A stretch of DNA of 64,000 nt from an uncultured candidatus Porisulfidus sp. (GCA_965204575.1 OZ241993.1:1696001-1760000); one strand, 5' to 3'. Counted from the stretch's first letter, positions 38,177 to 50,595 are shown. Numbers and translations are program-made. The notes: generated by a model from the sequence alone, not told the origin.

Positions 38177-39185
38177 GGTCGGAGACTCCCTGTACAGGCA
38201 ACAATCGATCCTTTCCTGAAAAAGCCAGGCAGGCGTTCTGGATGGCGGGCCACGGGCTTTCCGGCCCCTGTCCCTTGACCACCCGTTCCAGGTGGATGAA
38301 GCGTTTCAGTATAGCGCGAAAATGCCCCTGAGAGTGCTGGTTCAGGGCTCTTTTCAGCAGGTCGCGGCGAGTGAACGGGAAAATCGAGTCCAGTCCGGAC
38401 GGCTGGCGGCTCAAGGCGAGCAACTGTCGGATCTCACGCATCAGCATGGCATGCGTCGTGACCGGGTCGTGACCCTCGCTCTCCAGGTTCCGCGCCACGC
38501 TGATGATGCGGCGTCCCCGGCCCTGCAGCATGGCCATGGCCAGATCCATCGCCTCGTAGCGGGCGTCCTGCCCCAGGGACTGCTGCAAGGACTCCATCGA
38601 GACCGACCCCGGCCCGTTCAGGATGTGCAGCTTGTGCAATTCCTGCTCGGCCGCCAGCAGGTTGCCCTCCACGCAGGACAGGAAATAATCCGTCTCGAAG
38701 CTGTCCATCTCCAGCTCGCGCTTTCGAAGCGCCCCCTGCAACCACTGCCGGGTCTCTCCTTCGTCCATCGGCATGATCCGCACGATCAGGCCGATCTTGT
38801 CTATGGCGCGCACCCACGCCTCGTTCAAGGCCCGATTGTCCAACCGCGGCACCTGCAGGGTAATCAGGCTACCCTCCGGGGACTGTTCGCACCATTCCTT
38901 GAGCCGGGCTTTCGCCGTCGCGTCCGGCTTGCCGCTCAGCACCCGCATGTCGAGCATGGCCTGGTCCCCGAACAGGGACGGGCTGCACAGCGTCGGCAGT
39001 TCCTCCCAGGCAAAGCCCCGCTCGATGATCCGCAGTTCACGGCGATCAAAGCCTTCCTGCTTCGCCCGCTGGCGAATCATCCGTGCCGCATCCCGCATCT
39101 GCACCGGCTCGTCCCCGGTAATCAGGTACACCGGCAGGAGCGGCCCGTCCAGGACCTCGCGGAGTTTTCGAAAGTAGACTTTCAC
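38169..39185 (-). CDS. holA: DNA polymerase III delta subunit
   Basis: PVYLITGDEP, SLFG and EGNLLAA.QEL.KL motifs. Confidence 0.9.
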   Translation of the reverse strand: MKVYFRKLREVLDGPLLPVYLITGDEPVQMRDAARMIRQRAKQEGFDRRELRIIERGFAWEELPTLCSPSLFGDQAMLDMRVLSGKPDATAKARLKEWCEQSPEGSLITLQVPRLDNRALNEAWVRAIDKIGLIVRIMPMDEGETRQWLQGALRKRELEMDSFETDYFLSCVEGNLLAAEQELHKLHILNGPGSVSMESLQQSLGQDARYEAMDLAMAMLQGRGRRIISVARNLESEGHDPVTTHAMLMREIRQLLALSRQPSGLDSIFPFTRRDLLKRALNQHSQGHFRAILKRFIHLERVVKGQGPESPWPAIQNACLAFSGKDRLLPVQGVSDHA

Positions 39186-39229
39186 GATGCGGGTATGATG
39201 CGTTCGTATTGTAAAGGGAACAAAACCCC

Positions 39230-40117
39230 ATGAGTGAACTTTCCATCGGCTGGGTCGGCCCCGGAATCATGGGCCGCCCGATGGTTCTCAACCTGCTGCA
39301 CGCCGGCTATCCGGTCAAGGCATTTGCGCGTCGGCCCGAACAGTTAGAGCCCCTAATCGGGGCTGGCGCCACAACCGGAGATACCCCGGCTGAAGTCAGC
39401 GCGGCAACCGACCTGACCATCGTCATGGTGGCGGACACCCCGGACATGCTGGAAGTCGTGACGGGGGACAATGGGATCGAAAAAGGCGCCCAACCTGGCC
39501 ACATCGTGGTCGACATGAGCACCGTCTCGCCGACCGAAACGCGGACTGTAGCCCAACAATTGGAAGCAAAAGGCATCGCCATGCTGGACGCCCCGGTATC
39601 CGGCGGCGAAACCGGAGCCATCGACGGCACTCTCTCGATCATGGTCGGCGGGCCGGCAGAAACCTTTGATCGCGTCCGGCCGGTATTCGAGGTGCTGGGG
39701 GGGCAGGTGCGTCTAATCGGTGATGCCGGAGCCGGACAAGTGGCCAAAGCCTGCAACCAGTTGCTCGTGGCTCAGACGATGGCGGCGGTGGCAGAGGCTT
39801 TCCTGCTGGCGGAATCAAGCGGCGTGAGCCGCGAACAAGTGCGCGACGCTCTGCTTGGCGGATTTGCCTACAGCCGCATCCTGGAAGTCCACGGGCAACG
39901 CATGCTGACCGGCGACTACCAGCCGGGCTTCAAGGCCGAACTGCATCTCAAGGATCTTCGCATCGTGGACCGGGAGGCTCGGGAGACCGGCATCTCCCTG
40001 TCCGGTGCGAAAGACGCGCTGCACCTGATGGAGCAATTGGTCGAGCAAGGTGATGGCGGTTTGGATTCCGCCGCTCTGGCGAAAATGGTGCGCCAGCGCG
40101 CCCTGAAGAAAGGCTGA
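39230..40117 (+). CDS. 2-hydroxy-3-oxopropionate reductase / beta-hydroxyacid dehydrogenase
   Basis: G.GIMG.PM, LDAPVSGG, GAGQVAKACNQ and KDL motifs. Confidence 0.9.
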   Translation: MSELSIGWVGPGIMGRPMVLNLLHAGYPVKAFARRPEQLEPLIGAGATTGDTPAEVSAATDLTIVMVADTPDMLEVVTGDNGIEKGAQPGHIVVDMSTVSPTETRTVAQQLEAKGIAMLDAPVSGGETGAIDGTLSIMVGGPAETFDRVRPVFEVLGGQVRLIGDAGAGQVAKACNQLLVAQTMAAVAEAFLLAESSGVSREQVRDALLGGFAYSRILEVHGQRMLTGDYQPGFKAELHLKDLRIVDREARETGISLSGAKDALHLMEQLVEQGDGGLDSAALAKMVRQRALKKG

Positions 40118-40135
40118 ACCTGAAGCTTCATTCGC

Positions 40136-40459
40136 ATGGACAGAGTCGAAGAAGGGATTCTGGACAGCGTCTCAGTTATCGACGAGGCGCTCAGAGAGAT
40201 GAGGCGAATCATGTCGCAAGACTCGGGCATGCCGGTAGCAAGCCCTGTCGTGGCAATCGACGAAGTCGCCGAATGGTTGATCGAAGACGGGGAATGGCGC
40301 GAAGAAGTAAAGGATTTGGTGTTCGGTCTGCTGGCGAGAGAAATCGTTGGAGAAGAGGCCCTAGAGTGCCCGGATGAGAGAAATCGTGAGATCGTCGACC
40401 ATCACGACGACATCATCGAAGTGATGCAACTCGTCGTGGACTCCGTCAACGAATTGTGA
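40136..40459 (+). CDS. Acidic hypothetical protein
   Basis: 107-aa D/E-rich ORF, no motif recognised. Confidence 0.55.
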   Translation: MDRVEEGILDSVSVIDEALREMRRIMSQDSGMPVASPVVAIDEVAEWLIEDGEWREEVKDLVFGLLAREIVGEEALECPDERNREIVDHHDDIIEVMQLVVDSVNEL

Positions 40460-40629
40460 ATTAAAACATTCTCTCTGACGAATCCCACCAGACTCTCGAA
40501 AAGTCGACAACTCATACAATACCGGGCTAGTTCGACACCTCCAAGCGCCACCTATCACTTACGGAAATCCGAGCACCATAGCCAAACGGATCATTCATCC
40601 GTCTACGAGGTCCGATCAATATCGGTGGT

Positions 40630-41238
40630 TCAAAAAACCGGATCAAGCGATAGAAGCAATCGTTCACCAGCTTCATGGGGAGATCGGTGAACGACACCGC
40701 TAAAGCAATCGTTCCACGCGCCACCCTTCAGTAACGACCAGTGACCTGTGGTCAATTGCTGGATCTGCCGGTTCGCCTGGATGGGAGGTGCCGTGGTTTC
40801 GAGATCGGCGAAAACAGCCCAATCGACATCGCTGTTGGGAATCCATTCCGTGCCCACTCCGCTGAGCGTGATCAACATGCGGCAAGGGATACGATCCACA
40901 TGGAATCGCGGGCACATAGGAGCGCTCAGTGTATCGAGTCGAACACCGACCCGTTCACAGCCCATAAGTTCGCCCAGCATTTCGCTGGCCTCAGCGATTT
41001 GATCGAGCAGCGCAGAATGTACGTCGGCGTCGATGGTCGCGGGCAGCTGACTCGCCGGGGCTTCGGGATCATCCGCAGGCTGGACCCATCGTAATCGCGG
41101 AACCTGGCGCGAACGGATCAATCGCCTTGATAAGGCTTCACAGGTGCTCGCTTGTGGGCGCGCCACGCTGACGATTTCCACATCCTCATCGTAGATCGCT
41201 GCAAAGTCGCCCAGCTGACCACTGATTACCTGGCGCAT
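40630..41238 (-). CDS. DUF1826 family protein
   Basis: MCPRFHVD..PCR...T..G.GTEW, LLKG and HRSP motifs. TGATG coupling to zigA. Confidence 0.85.
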   Translation of the reverse strand: MRQVISGQLGDFAAIYDEDVEIVSVARPQASTCEALSRRLIRSRQVPRLRWVQPADDPEAPASQLPATIDADVHSALLDQIAEASEMLGELMGCERVGVRLDTLSAPMCPRFHVDRIPCRMLITLSGVGTEWIPNSDVDWAVFADLETTAPPIQANRQIQQLTTGHWSLLKGGAWNDCFSGVVHRSPHEAGERLLLSLDPVF

Positions 41239-42467
41239 CAGACGTCTGCCTCCCCTACTTCGCGGATCCATCGCGGGAAAGGGTCCGGGAACTGTTTCCA
41301 GCTATCCGGACCGGCAGCAAGTTCTTCCTCATTTAGAAGGCATGCATCCAATGCTCGGCTGGCTTGTTCTTCGTCAAGTCCTTGTCCAATGAAGACAATC
41401 TCCTGACGCCGGTCACCGTAAGGCGGCTCGAACTTGCTTTCGATCGCCGCTCTATGTTCCATGTGATCAGGCCACTGATCCTCAGGCATCGCTGCCCAGA
41501 ACAGGCCTGCAAATCCGTGATTCATGATACCGCCTGCCTGAGACCATGCACCCACTTGATCGAAGCGTGAAGCCAACCAGAAGTAACCTTTTGATCGAAC
41601 AAGGTTGCCGTGGCGCCAACCCTTTACGAGAAAGTCATAGAGTCGCTGAGGGTGAAACGGCTTGCGCGCCTGGTAGACGAAGCTACCGATGCCGTATTCC
41701 TCGGTCTCCGGCACGTGTTCGCCACGAAGTTCCGCCAGCCAGCCAGGCGCGTTCGCGGCCTCGGCCATATCAAACTTGCTTGTGCCAAGAATGGCGGCTG
41801 GCTCAATCTCTCCGTGGTCCGCGACGAGTACCTCGGCACTGGGATTCAAGCGACGGAGCGTGGCAAGCAGCTCGTCAGTTTGAGAGGGATTGAGCAAATC
41901 GGTTTTTGTCACCACGATGACATTACTGAACTCGACCTGGTCAATGAGGAGAGCGGCGATATTGCGTTCGTCGTCCTCGCCGACCTCCATGTTCTTGTCT
42001 TTTAGGCTTTCAGCCTCGGCCATTAGCCGTGGAAAATTGTAAGCGTCGACGACGGTAACCATGGTGTCGAGCTGGGCTACCGAGGACAGCGAGCGGCCTA
42101 TTTCATCCTTGAACGTAAATGTTTCCGCCACGGGTAACGGCTCAGAGACACCGCTCGATTCGATGAGGAGGTAATCGAACCGTTGCTCATCCGCAAGGCG
42201 CGCGACCTCGACGAGCAGGTCCTCCCTGAGCGTGCAGCAGATGCAGCCGTTAGTCATCTCGACAAGCTTCTCATCCACTTGCTGGAGTGACACATTTTCT
42301 CGGAGGAGATCAGCGTCGATGTTGACCTCTCCCATGTCGTTCACAATGACCGCAACCCGCAGGCCTTCGCGATTGTTGAGAACATGATTCATGAGCGTCG
42401 TTTTGCCAGATCCAAGAAACCCTGACAACACGGTTACGGGTAGAGGTGAGCCCAAGTCTGCCTCCAA
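41238..42467 (-). CDS. zigA: COG0523 zinc metallochaperone GTPase (ZigA/CobW family)
   Basis: SGFLGSGKTT, GCICCTLREDL, EHVPETEEYG, RSKG.FW and GDRRQEIVFIG motifs. Confidence 0.92.
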   Translation of the reverse strand: MEADLGSPLPVTVLSGFLGSGKTTLMNHVLNNREGLRVAVIVNDMGEVNIDADLLRENVSLQQVDEKLVEMTNGCICCTLREDLLVEVARLADEQRFDYLLIESSGVSEPLPVAETFTFKDEIGRSLSSVAQLDTMVTVVDAYNFPRLMAEAESLKDKNMEVGEDDERNIAALLIDQVEFSNVIVVTKTDLLNPSQTDELLATLRRLNPSAEVLVADHGEIEPAAILGTSKFDMAEAANAPGWLAELRGEHVPETEEYGIGSFVYQARKPFHPQRLYDFLVKGWRHGNLVRSKGYFWLASRFDQVGAWSQAGGIMNHGFAGLFWAAMPEDQWPDHMEHRAAIESKFEPPYGDRRQEIVFIGQGLDEEQASRALDACLLNEEELAAGPDSWKQFPDPFPRWIREVGEADV

Positions 42468-42490
42468 ATAGTAGTTAAGTTCAAAGAATA

Positions 42491-42508
42491 GTTATGTTAT
42501 AACATTCT
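42491..42508 (-). promoter_or_regulatory. Zur box
   Basis: Palindrome ATGTTATAACAT (42494-42505), reading GAATGTTATAACATAAC on the minus strand, just upstream of zigA. Confidence 0.75.
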
Positions 42509-42780
42509 ACTATCTAGCAATTCTCATTTTGGCTGATTGCCTTCTCCGTTGAGGTTTCCCCACCCTGGCTTTTGCAGTTTCCGCCTTTGGCGTCATCGCG
42601 ACGAAGGGGCACCGCAACCCGCGAGCCGCCTGAGACCTCCCGTATTCACTCGCCAGACGATCTCCCAGCTGGTGCTTCAGGTATGCACAACGGAAGCGCG
42701 ATGCATATACAAGTGCGGGAGGAGTTTTTGTCCCGCCCTTTCATGCCGAATCGACAATCCACGCTAACTATAATGCGATC

Positions 42781-43773
42781 ATGAACGCGCCGGGAGAAAA
42801 ACTCCTTATTCGGCTCTGGGACACGCTCGAAAATGTCCTCGGAGGGCTAATGAGTCCTTGGCATATTCGACGAATTGGGCAGGCGCGCGCCGCGGCTCAG
42901 CGAGATGAGATGTTGGCTCTTGCCCAGACGGAGCGAGACATCAAAGAAATCCAATCCGGTCGTAAGGTTTTCACTGCGGATTGGCAACTTGCCGAAGCCT
43001 CGAGTCTCCGGACCGAACACTCATCTCGAGAGGCATCGAAACTGGCGGCCTTCGCGGCAACCACACAAAGCAAGCTCGTTTTGCGCGAAATCCGTGGCGA
43101 TAGGAATATCAGCGCAGCCGTGTCGCATGCGGAAGCTAATTTGAGGAACGATCCGCAGGAACCACCGGAGCGGACCGTTGACGAAGACTGGCTGTATCGC
43201 TGGAGAGATTCCGCAAGCAACGTATCCGCAGAGGAACTACAGTCCTTGTGGGGGCGCGTGCTGGCTGGCGAGGTCAAGTCACCGGGCACGTTCTCGCTGC
43301 GCACCCTGGAATTCCTGAAGAATTTATCGAAGGAGGAAGCGCGAAAAATCGAGAAGTTGGCACCGTTCGTTGTCGATGACGATTTTGTATTCAAAGGTGG
43401 GAGCTCGCTGGAGAAAGCAGGTATCACGATGAACTTTCTTCTAGGCCTCCAAGACTTGGGAGTCATCCTGACACAAGCTCTGCAGAAGCCATGGAAGTCA
43501 GTGTCGCCAGAAGAGTTCAAGCTGGCTCTCGTTGCATACACGCGAGCATTGGTCGTAACTCACCCAGACCCAACCAAGGAACTCGCTTTGAACGGTTATC
43601 GGCTTACGTCGCTCGGCAGGCAAGTCCTCAAGATCGGTACGTTCGCGCCGTGCGAGTCTTATCTTCGAAACCTCGGGCAGGCAATCCGCGATTTGGATTT
43701 CAACGTCGTTATTGCTCAATGGGAGTGGGTCACCGAGACGCAAGGGCGCTACTTCAACAGTGAGGATTTGTGA
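42781..43773 (+). CDS. DUF2806 domain protein
   Basis: VDEDWL.RW...A..VS..ELQ.LWGRVLAGE...PG.FSLRTL..LKNLS motif. Confidence 0.85.
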   Translation: MNAPGEKLLIRLWDTLENVLGGLMSPWHIRRIGQARAAAQRDEMLALAQTERDIKEIQSGRKVFTADWQLAEASSLRTEHSSREASKLAAFAATTQSKLVLREIRGDRNISAAVSHAEANLRNDPQEPPERTVDEDWLYRWRDSASNVSAEELQSLWGRVLAGEVKSPGTFSLRTLEFLKNLSKEEARKIEKLAPFVVDDDFVFKGGSSLEKAGITMNFLLGLQDLGVILTQALQKPWKSVSPEEFKLALVAYTRALVVTHPDPTKELALNGYRLTSLGRQVLKIGTFAPCESYLRNLGQAIRDLDFNVVIAQWEWVTETQGRYFNSEDL

Positions 43774-44849
43774 TTGGAACCGACTTTCGCCGGTGCACAT
43801 CTTGAACAGGCGGAACCATTCGCATGTGGGGTACTCAAAAAGGCAACTTGGACAAGACCTACATGCACGGGGCGACAGGGGCGACGTAGGCGCTGCCCAA
43901 CAGGCGCGCGAAAGCAAACCAAACTCGCGGGTTCTGGTCGAGTTTTCGCCACTATGCGGCGGAACAGACGCACACTGCCGCATGCCGTGATGAAAAGGGC
44001 GTTGGCGCACTCGAACAAAAACAAGACCGAGGCAGCCTTCGTCTGACCGCGGTCCGCGCAGGACTGCACCTCCGCCATTTCCTTGATCACGGTCTCTCTG
44101 ACAAATTCCACGGGGATCACTTCGGCGAGGCCTGCATCTTCCTCGAAGACGATGCGTGGTTTGCCGGTCTGCTCGCTGACAGCGACCTCCCGGCTACGGA
44201 GTTGCTGGCTGGTCACTCCTACGAGGAGGCAGTGTGTGTTCGGCTTAGTGTCCGCGATGGCCGCAAGTTCTGGCTTGAGGATGACTGGCCCATCGCTGTT
44301 GCCTGGGAAAACGGAGGCATCGATTAGGAAAGTGCATTCCTGTCGTTGTATCCAATCTTGGATTCTTGAAACGACACCATAGCAGACGACAGGAAAGTTC
44401 CGGGCTTCGCCGACCAAACCGAGAGGAAAGCCGATTACAAACACACCGTCGCCCTCAACCGGTTGGATACCTTCGCCAATCGTCGTTCCTACGTCTTCAA
44501 TGAACATCCCTAGGCCCTGCAACTCGCGCCCCTGGCGTAAAGGACTCGAATCTAGGAGAGGCGTGACGGCCAAATTGGCACCCGCCGGATGCAAGGTCCA
44601 ATCCCCCGAAGCGACCGTATGGGTCGCCGCTAACGTCAGTCCCGTGTCAGAATGGTTGAAGTGGACGCGCGTAATTGCGCCATCCACGACATGTTTATTG
44701 GTGACTAGGAATGCCCGATAAGGTGTTCGCTCATCCATGCTCGGCAGTGGGTGAGCGTAAAGGAAGCCAGTGCCTACATGGTGAAACGTAGTACTGTTTG
44801 TGCCCAAGGAAACAACGGCATCCAGGTATCCGGGAGGTATGAGGGCCAT
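43749..44849 (-). CDS. Trypsin-like serine protease, probably degenerate (real domain ends near 44060)
   Basis: GTGF, VTNKHV, GFPLG and FPGNSDGP (G to D). Catalytic Asp position reads N. The tail runs antisense over the integrase relic. Confidence 0.65.
   Translation of the reverse strand: MALIPPGYLDAVVSLGTNSTTFHHVGTGFLYAHPLPSMDERTPYRAFLVTNKHVVDGAITRVHFNHSDTGLTLAATHTVASGDWTLHPAGANLAVTPLLDSSPLRQGRELQGLGMFIEDVGTTIGEGIQPVEGDGVFVIGFPLGLVGEARNFPVVCYGVVSRIQDWIQRQECTFLIDASVFPGNSDGPVILKPELAAIADTKPNTHCLLVGVTSQQLRSREVAVSEQTGKPRIVFEEDAGLAEVIPVEFVRETVIKEMAEVQSCADRGQTKAASVLFLFECANALFITACGSVRLFRRIVAKTRPEPASLVCFRAPVGQRLRRPCRPVHVGLVQVAFLSTPHANGSACSRCAPAKVGSNHKSSLLK
43926..44046 (+). pseudogene. P4-like tyrosine integrase C-terminal remnant
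   Basis: RGFWSSFRHYAAEQTHT, frameshift, PHAVMKRALAHSNKNKTEAAF. Compare the integrase consensus HGFRSSFRDWAAE...E.ALAH...EAAY. Confidence 0.75.
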
Positions 44850-44963
44850 CTAACGTTCGGTGAGAAGATCTGTATGCGATGCCGTGAGACCCCTCGAATC
44901 TTTGCACCAAGTCATTTAATCTTGCGGTAGAATCATCAGAACATATTGTTTTTATTTGTATAT

Positions 44964-45054
44964 TGGCGGAGAGGGAGGGATTCGAACCCTCGATGGGGTA
45001 TCAGCCCATACTCCCTTAGCAGGGGAGCGCTTTCAGCCACTCAGCCACCTCTCC
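44964..45054 (-). tRNA. tRNA-Ser(GCT)
   Basis: GGAGAGGTGGCTGAGTGG...CTGCTAA...GGTTCGAATCC...CTCTCCGCCA, long variable arm, downstream of csrA. Confidence 0.97.
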
Positions 45055-45064
45055 GATCAACGAT

Positions 45065-45253
45065 CTACTCTTCCTCGGATTCCCGCGCCTTGTCGCTTGC
45101 ATCACGCGGGAAAATCTCTTCGCGATATATACGAACATTTCTTGGCGCATCAATGCCAAGCCGCACTTGGTTTCCCTTCATTCCCATGACCGTCACCGTG
45201 ACCTTGTCATCGATAATCAGGGATTCACCGATCTTCCGCGTCAGAATCAGCAT
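45065..45253 (-). CDS. csrA: Carbon storage regulator
   Basis: MLILTRK.GESL.I...QVRLGIDAP....YREEI. Confidence 0.97.
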   Translation of the reverse strand: MLILTRKIGESLIIDDKVTVTVMGMKGNQVRLGIDAPRNVRIYREEIFPRDASDKARESEEE

Positions 45254-45294
45254 TCCTCGCGTCCCGGGCTTCCGGCCCAGGCAAAAACAGGCTC

Positions 45295-46527
45295 TCAGTG
45301 TAGCACTTCGCTGGCCTCCGCCAATTCGAACTCCTTATGCAGCACCTGGACACAGGTTTCAAGCAGCGCCTCTTCGATTACCACCGAGATCTTGATTTCC
45401 GAGGTGGAGATCATGGAGATATTTACGCCTGCATCGGCCAGAGCCTGGAACATGCGGCTCGCGATCCCCGCGTGCGAGCGCATCCCGACCCCGACCAACG
45501 ATACCTTGACGATGTCCCGGTTACCGCAGGTCTCGCGTGCGCCGAGTTCGCCGCCGATCTTCTCCAGAATCTCCAGCGCCTTGGCGTAATCGTTGCGGTG
45601 CACCGTAAAGGTGAAGTCCGCCGTACCGTCTTGCCCGACGTTCTGCACGATCATGTCCACTTCGATCTGCGCTTCGGCAATCGGCCCCAGGATACGCGCC
45701 GCAACACCCGGCATGTCCTGCACGCCGGAGATAGTCAATTGCGCCTCGTCGCGGTTGTGCGCAATGCCCGCGATAGTAGCCTGTTCCATGTTTTCAGCCT
45801 CCTCTGAGATCAGTGTTCCAGGGCCGGACCCGAACGCGGAAAGAACCCGTAGCGGAACATTGTACTTTTCCGCAAACAATACCGAGCGCAATTGCAGCAC
45901 CCTGGAGCCCAGCCCGGACATCTCCAGCATTTCCTCGTAGGTGAGGTGCTCCAGTCTGCGCGCCTCCGGTACGAGCCGGGGATCCGCCGTATACACCCCC
46001 TCGACATCGGTGTAGATATGACATTCGTCCGCACCCAGCGAGGCTGCCAACGCAACCGCGGTCGTGTCCGACCCGCCCCGGCCCAAGGTCGTCACTCGCC
46101 CAGACTCATCCATGCCTTGGAATCCAGCCACCACGACCACCTGCCCTTCGTCGAGAAGCCCACTCAAGCGGTCGCTGTCGATGTTCTTGATCCGGGCTTT
46201 GTTGGCTTGTCCTTCGGTCAGGATTCCCGCCTGCCGCCCGGTCAATGCAATGGCCGGGCACCCGAGCGCCTGCAGCGCCAGTGCCAGCAACGCAATGCTG
46301 ACCCGTTCACCGGAGGACAGCAACAAGTCCAGCGCAGGACCTCCCGCCTGCGAACTTACCTGGCGTGCCAGCGACAGCAGATGGTCGGTTTCCCCACCCA
46401 TCGCGGACAGCACCACCACCAAGCGATGCCCCTGGCTATGCTGCTCGTGAAGCCGCTCGGCAATCGTCAAGAGTTTCTCGGTGCTGGCCACCGAGGTCCC
46501 GCCGTATTTCTGTACCCACAGACTCAT
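45295..46527 (-). CDS. lysC: Aspartate kinase
   Basis: [27 protein letters not shown] and two ACT domains. Confidence 0.96.
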   Translation of the reverse strand: MSLWVQKYGGTSVASTEKLLTIAERLHEQHSQGHRLVVVLSAMGGETDHLLSLARQVSSQAGGPALDLLLSSGERVSIALLALALQALGCPAIALTGRQAGILTEGQANKARIKNIDSDRLSGLLDEGQVVVVAGFQGMDESGRVTTLGRGGSDTTAVALAASLGADECHIYTDVEGVYTADPRLVPEARRLEHLTYEEMLEMSGLGSRVLQLRSVLFAEKYNVPLRVLSAFGSGPGTLISEEAENMEQATIAGIAHNRDEAQLTISGVQDMPGVAARILGPIAEAQIEVDMIVQNVGQDGTADFTFTVHRNDYAKALEILEKIGGELGARETCGNRDIVKVSLVGVGMRSHAGIASRMFQALADAGVNISMISTSEIKISVVIEEALLETCVQVLHKEFELAEASEVLH

Positions 46528-46528
46528 A

Positions 46529-49129
46529 TCAGTGCAGCCGCTCGCGAACCCATTCCGGAATCGATTCCAATGCCTCCTTCAACGCCTCCGGATGATTCCC
46601 TCCGGCCTGCGCCATATCCGGGCGGCCCCCGCCCTTTCCGCCAACCTGACCGGCCACGGAATTAACCAGGTCCCCGGCCTTGATTCGCTCGGTCTGATCC
46701 GGGGTCACCCCGGCTACCAGTGTCACTTTTTTGTTCTTAACCGAGGCCAGCACGATCACTGCACTGCCCAATTTATCCTTGAGTTGATCCAGCATGCTGC
46801 GCATGGATTTGGCGTCAGCGTCCACCTGAGCGCTCAACACCTTGATCCCTTCGACCTCCACCGCTTGCTGCGCCAAGTCCCCGCCCGCCCGGTGCGCCTG
46901 CCGGCTCTTGAGCCGCTCCAGTTCCTTCTCAAGGCTTTGGTTCTGTTCGACCAGGCGTTCAAGCTTTTCGCGGAAGTTGTCCGGCACGGCCCGAATCATC
47001 TCGGCCGTGTCGCGCAATAACTCTTTCTGCTCCCAGGCCCAGCGGTTCGCCACCGCCCCGGTGAGGGCCTCGATCCGTCGCACGCCGGACGCGATACCCG
47101 TCTCGCCGACAATGCAGAAGAACCCGATATCCCCGGTTCGCGAAACGTGCGTGCCCCCGCACAGTTCCATCGAGAAGTCGCCCATCCGCAGCACGCGGAC
47201 TTCCTCTCCGTACTTGTCGCCGAAGAACGCAAGCGCGCCCGCATCCATCGCTTCCCGGAACGGCATGACCGTCGATTCCGTCTCGTAGTTCCGGCGGACG
47301 GCCGCATTGACCATTTCTTCGATCCGGTGTAATTCTTCCGCCGTGACCGGTTGCGGATGCGAGAAATCGAAGCGCAGCCGGTCTGGTGCGACCAGCGAAC
47401 CTTTCTGCATTACATGAGAACCCAGAACCTCGCGCAGAGCCGCATGCATCAGATGCGTGGCGGAATGATTGAGAACAATCGACTGGCGGCGTTCCGCATC
47501 TATCTCCGCAGTCACCGAATCGCCGACTTTCAGGCTTCCTTCGCGCAGCCGGCCCAGATGCAAATGGGCCTGCCCATGTTTTTGCGTGTCGCGGACTTCG
47601 AACCGGGCATTCTCGCCGCGCAGCCAGCCGGTGTCACCAACTTGCCCACCTGATTCGGCATAAAACGGGGTCTCTTCCAGTACCACGACCGCGTCGTCTC
47701 CCGCTTCCACCGCCTGCACGCTGCGCCCATCAGCATAGAGCGCGGCCACCGAACTGTCCTGGCTGGCCCGTTCGTAACCGCTGAAGCGACCATCCTGCGC
47801 CACATCCTTGAGTTGGGAGTAATCCACCGAAAACTGCGCGGTATCCCGAGCACGGTCGCGCTGTTCGTCCATTCGGCGTTCGTAATCTTCGACATCGACC
47901 GTCAGGTTGCGCTCCCGGGCGATGTCCTGCGTCAAGTCGATCGGGAAGCCGTACGTGTCGTAAAGCAGGAACGCGAGTTCTCCCGGGATGGTCTTGTCCT
48001 GAAGCTGGGCCAGCCCGTCGTCCAGAACCTTCAAGCCCGTCTGGAGCGTCTGCGCGAAACGTTCCTCTTCCTGCAGCAAGGCCTCCTCGATACGGTCGCG
48101 GGCTTCCGCCAGGTCCGGATGGGCTTTTCCCATCACGTCGACCAGCGGCCCCACCAGACGATGGAAGAAAGGCTCGGTCAGGCCGATCTTGTTGCCGTGG
48201 CGCAAAGCGCGGCGAATGATCCGGCGCAGCACGTAGCCCCGCCCCTCGTTGGACGGCAGCATGCCGTCCATGATCAGGAATCCGCTGGTCCGGATATGGT
48301 CCGCGATCACGTTGAGCGACGCCGAATGCGGCGTCTCCGAATTCACCATCTCGGACGCGGCCTGCCGCAACGGGATGAACAGGTCCGTCTGATAGTTGTC
48401 GTGCACGCCCTGCATGACGGCCGCGATGCGCTCGAGCCCCATGCCGGTATCCACCGACGGGCTCGGCAGCGGCTCCATGCTCCCGTCCGCTTCGCGCCGG
48501 TACTGCATGAAGACCAGGTTCCAGATCTCCACGAAGCGGTCGCTGTCGTCGCCCTGTCCCGGCGGCTTTCCGGGAATCCCTTCCCCGTGGTCGTAGTACA
48601 CCTCGGTGCAAGGCCCGCACGGCCCGGTGTCGCCCATCGACCAGAAGTTCTCTTCCGCGCCCAGCCGCGCCAGCCGCTTTGGATCCACCCCGATGCCTTC
48701 GAGCCAGATCTTCTCCGCTTCGTCATCGTCCTGGTACACCGAGACCCAGAGCCGGTCCGGCGGCAACGCCAGGGTGTCGGTCAGGAACTCCCAGCAGTAC
48801 TGGATCGCTTCTTCCTTGAAGTAGTCGCCGAAGCTGAAATTCCCCAGCATCTCGAAGAACGTGTGATGCCGGGCGGTATAGCCGACGTTCTCCAGGTCAT
48901 TGTGCTTCCCGCCGGCACGGACGCAACGCTGTGCGCTGGCCGCCCGGGGCGGCGTGCGGGTTTCGTGCCCGAGGAAGACGTCCTTGAACTGCACCATGCC
49001 GGCATTGGCGAACAGCAGGCTCGGGTCGTTCGCTGGAACCAGCGGACTGGAAGGCACGACCTGGTGGCCGTGACCCGCGAAATAATCCAGGAAAGCCTGG
49101 CGGATCTCGTCGCTTTGCTGACTAGTCAT
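46529..49129 (-). CDS. alaS: Alanine--tRNA ligase
   Basis: [36 protein letters not shown] and GGKGGG motifs. Confidence 0.98.
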   Translation of the reverse strand: MTSQQSDEIRQAFLDYFAGHGHQVVPSSPLVPANDPSLLFANAGMVQFKDVFLGHETRTPPRAASAQRCVRAGGKHNDLENVGYTARHHTFFEMLGNFSFGDYFKEEAIQYCWEFLTDTLALPPDRLWVSVYQDDDEAEKIWLEGIGVDPKRLARLGAEENFWSMGDTGPCGPCTEVYYDHGEGIPGKPPGQGDDSDRFVEIWNLVFMQYRREADGSMEPLPSPSVDTGMGLERIAAVMQGVHDNYQTDLFIPLRQAASEMVNSETPHSASLNVIADHIRTSGFLIMDGMLPSNEGRGYVLRRIIRRALRHGNKIGLTEPFFHRLVGPLVDVMGKAHPDLAEARDRIEEALLQEEERFAQTLQTGLKVLDDGLAQLQDKTIPGELAFLLYDTYGFPIDLTQDIARERNLTVDVEDYERRMDEQRDRARDTAQFSVDYSQLKDVAQDGRFSGYERASQDSSVAALYADGRSVQAVEAGDDAVVVLEETPFYAESGGQVGDTGWLRGENARFEVRDTQKHGQAHLHLGRLREGSLKVGDSVTAEIDAERRQSIVLNHSATHLMHAALREVLGSHVMQKGSLVAPDRLRFDFSHPQPVTAEELHRIEEMVNAAVRRNYETESTVMPFREAMDAGALAFFGDKYGEEVRVLRMGDFSMELCGGTHVSRTGDIGFFCIVGETGIASGVRRIEALTGAVANRWAWEQKELLRDTAEMIRAVPDNFREKLERLVEQNQSLEKELERLKSRQAHRAGGDLAQQAVEVEGIKVLSAQVDADAKSMRSMLDQLKDKLGSAVIVLASVKNKKVTLVAGVTPDQTERIKAGDLVNSVAGQVGGKGGGRPDMAQAGGNHPEALKEALESIPEWVRERLH

Positions 49130-49545
49130 CTCGACTCTCCCGAAGTGCCGCACCGACCGCCCGTCTCGCGATCCCGCCCGGATACCCCCGCTGGTTCAGG
49201 AAACGCAACTGTTGCTGCCGCGTTCCCGTCTTTCGGCGCAAGGCTTCGCAGGCGCGTTCAAATTCCCCTTCCCTGGCCAAAGACTCGAACTCCTGCGCAA
49301 TGTCTCCCGGCACGCCGCGTTCGCGCAATTCGCCCGCCACGCGAAGGCTGCCGTAGCCGCGATTCATCAGGGAACGGGTGCAGGCTTCCGCAAAACGGTC
49401 GTCACTCTGAAGGTCCTGCTCGCGCAGTGTCGCCAGCGCCGATTCCACCGCCTCGGCGGAAAAACTCCGCGCCCGCAGCTTTTCGCGTAACTCCCGGCTC
49501 GAATGTTCGCGTCGCGCCAGAAGACTGACCGCCTGCTGCACGGCG

Positions 49546-49565
<20 letters not shown>
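49122..49565 (-). CDS. recX: Regulatory protein RecX
   Basis: [16 protein letters not shown] and L..RG motifs; directly after recA. Confidence 0.9.

Positions 49566-50595
<1,030 letters not shown>

Noticed and set aside
40522-40552. tRNA-like 3' fragment (GTTCGA...CGCCACC) as the second att site
   Set aside because: Wrong orientation, no identity to the tRNA-Ser 3' end, and no proper T-stem.
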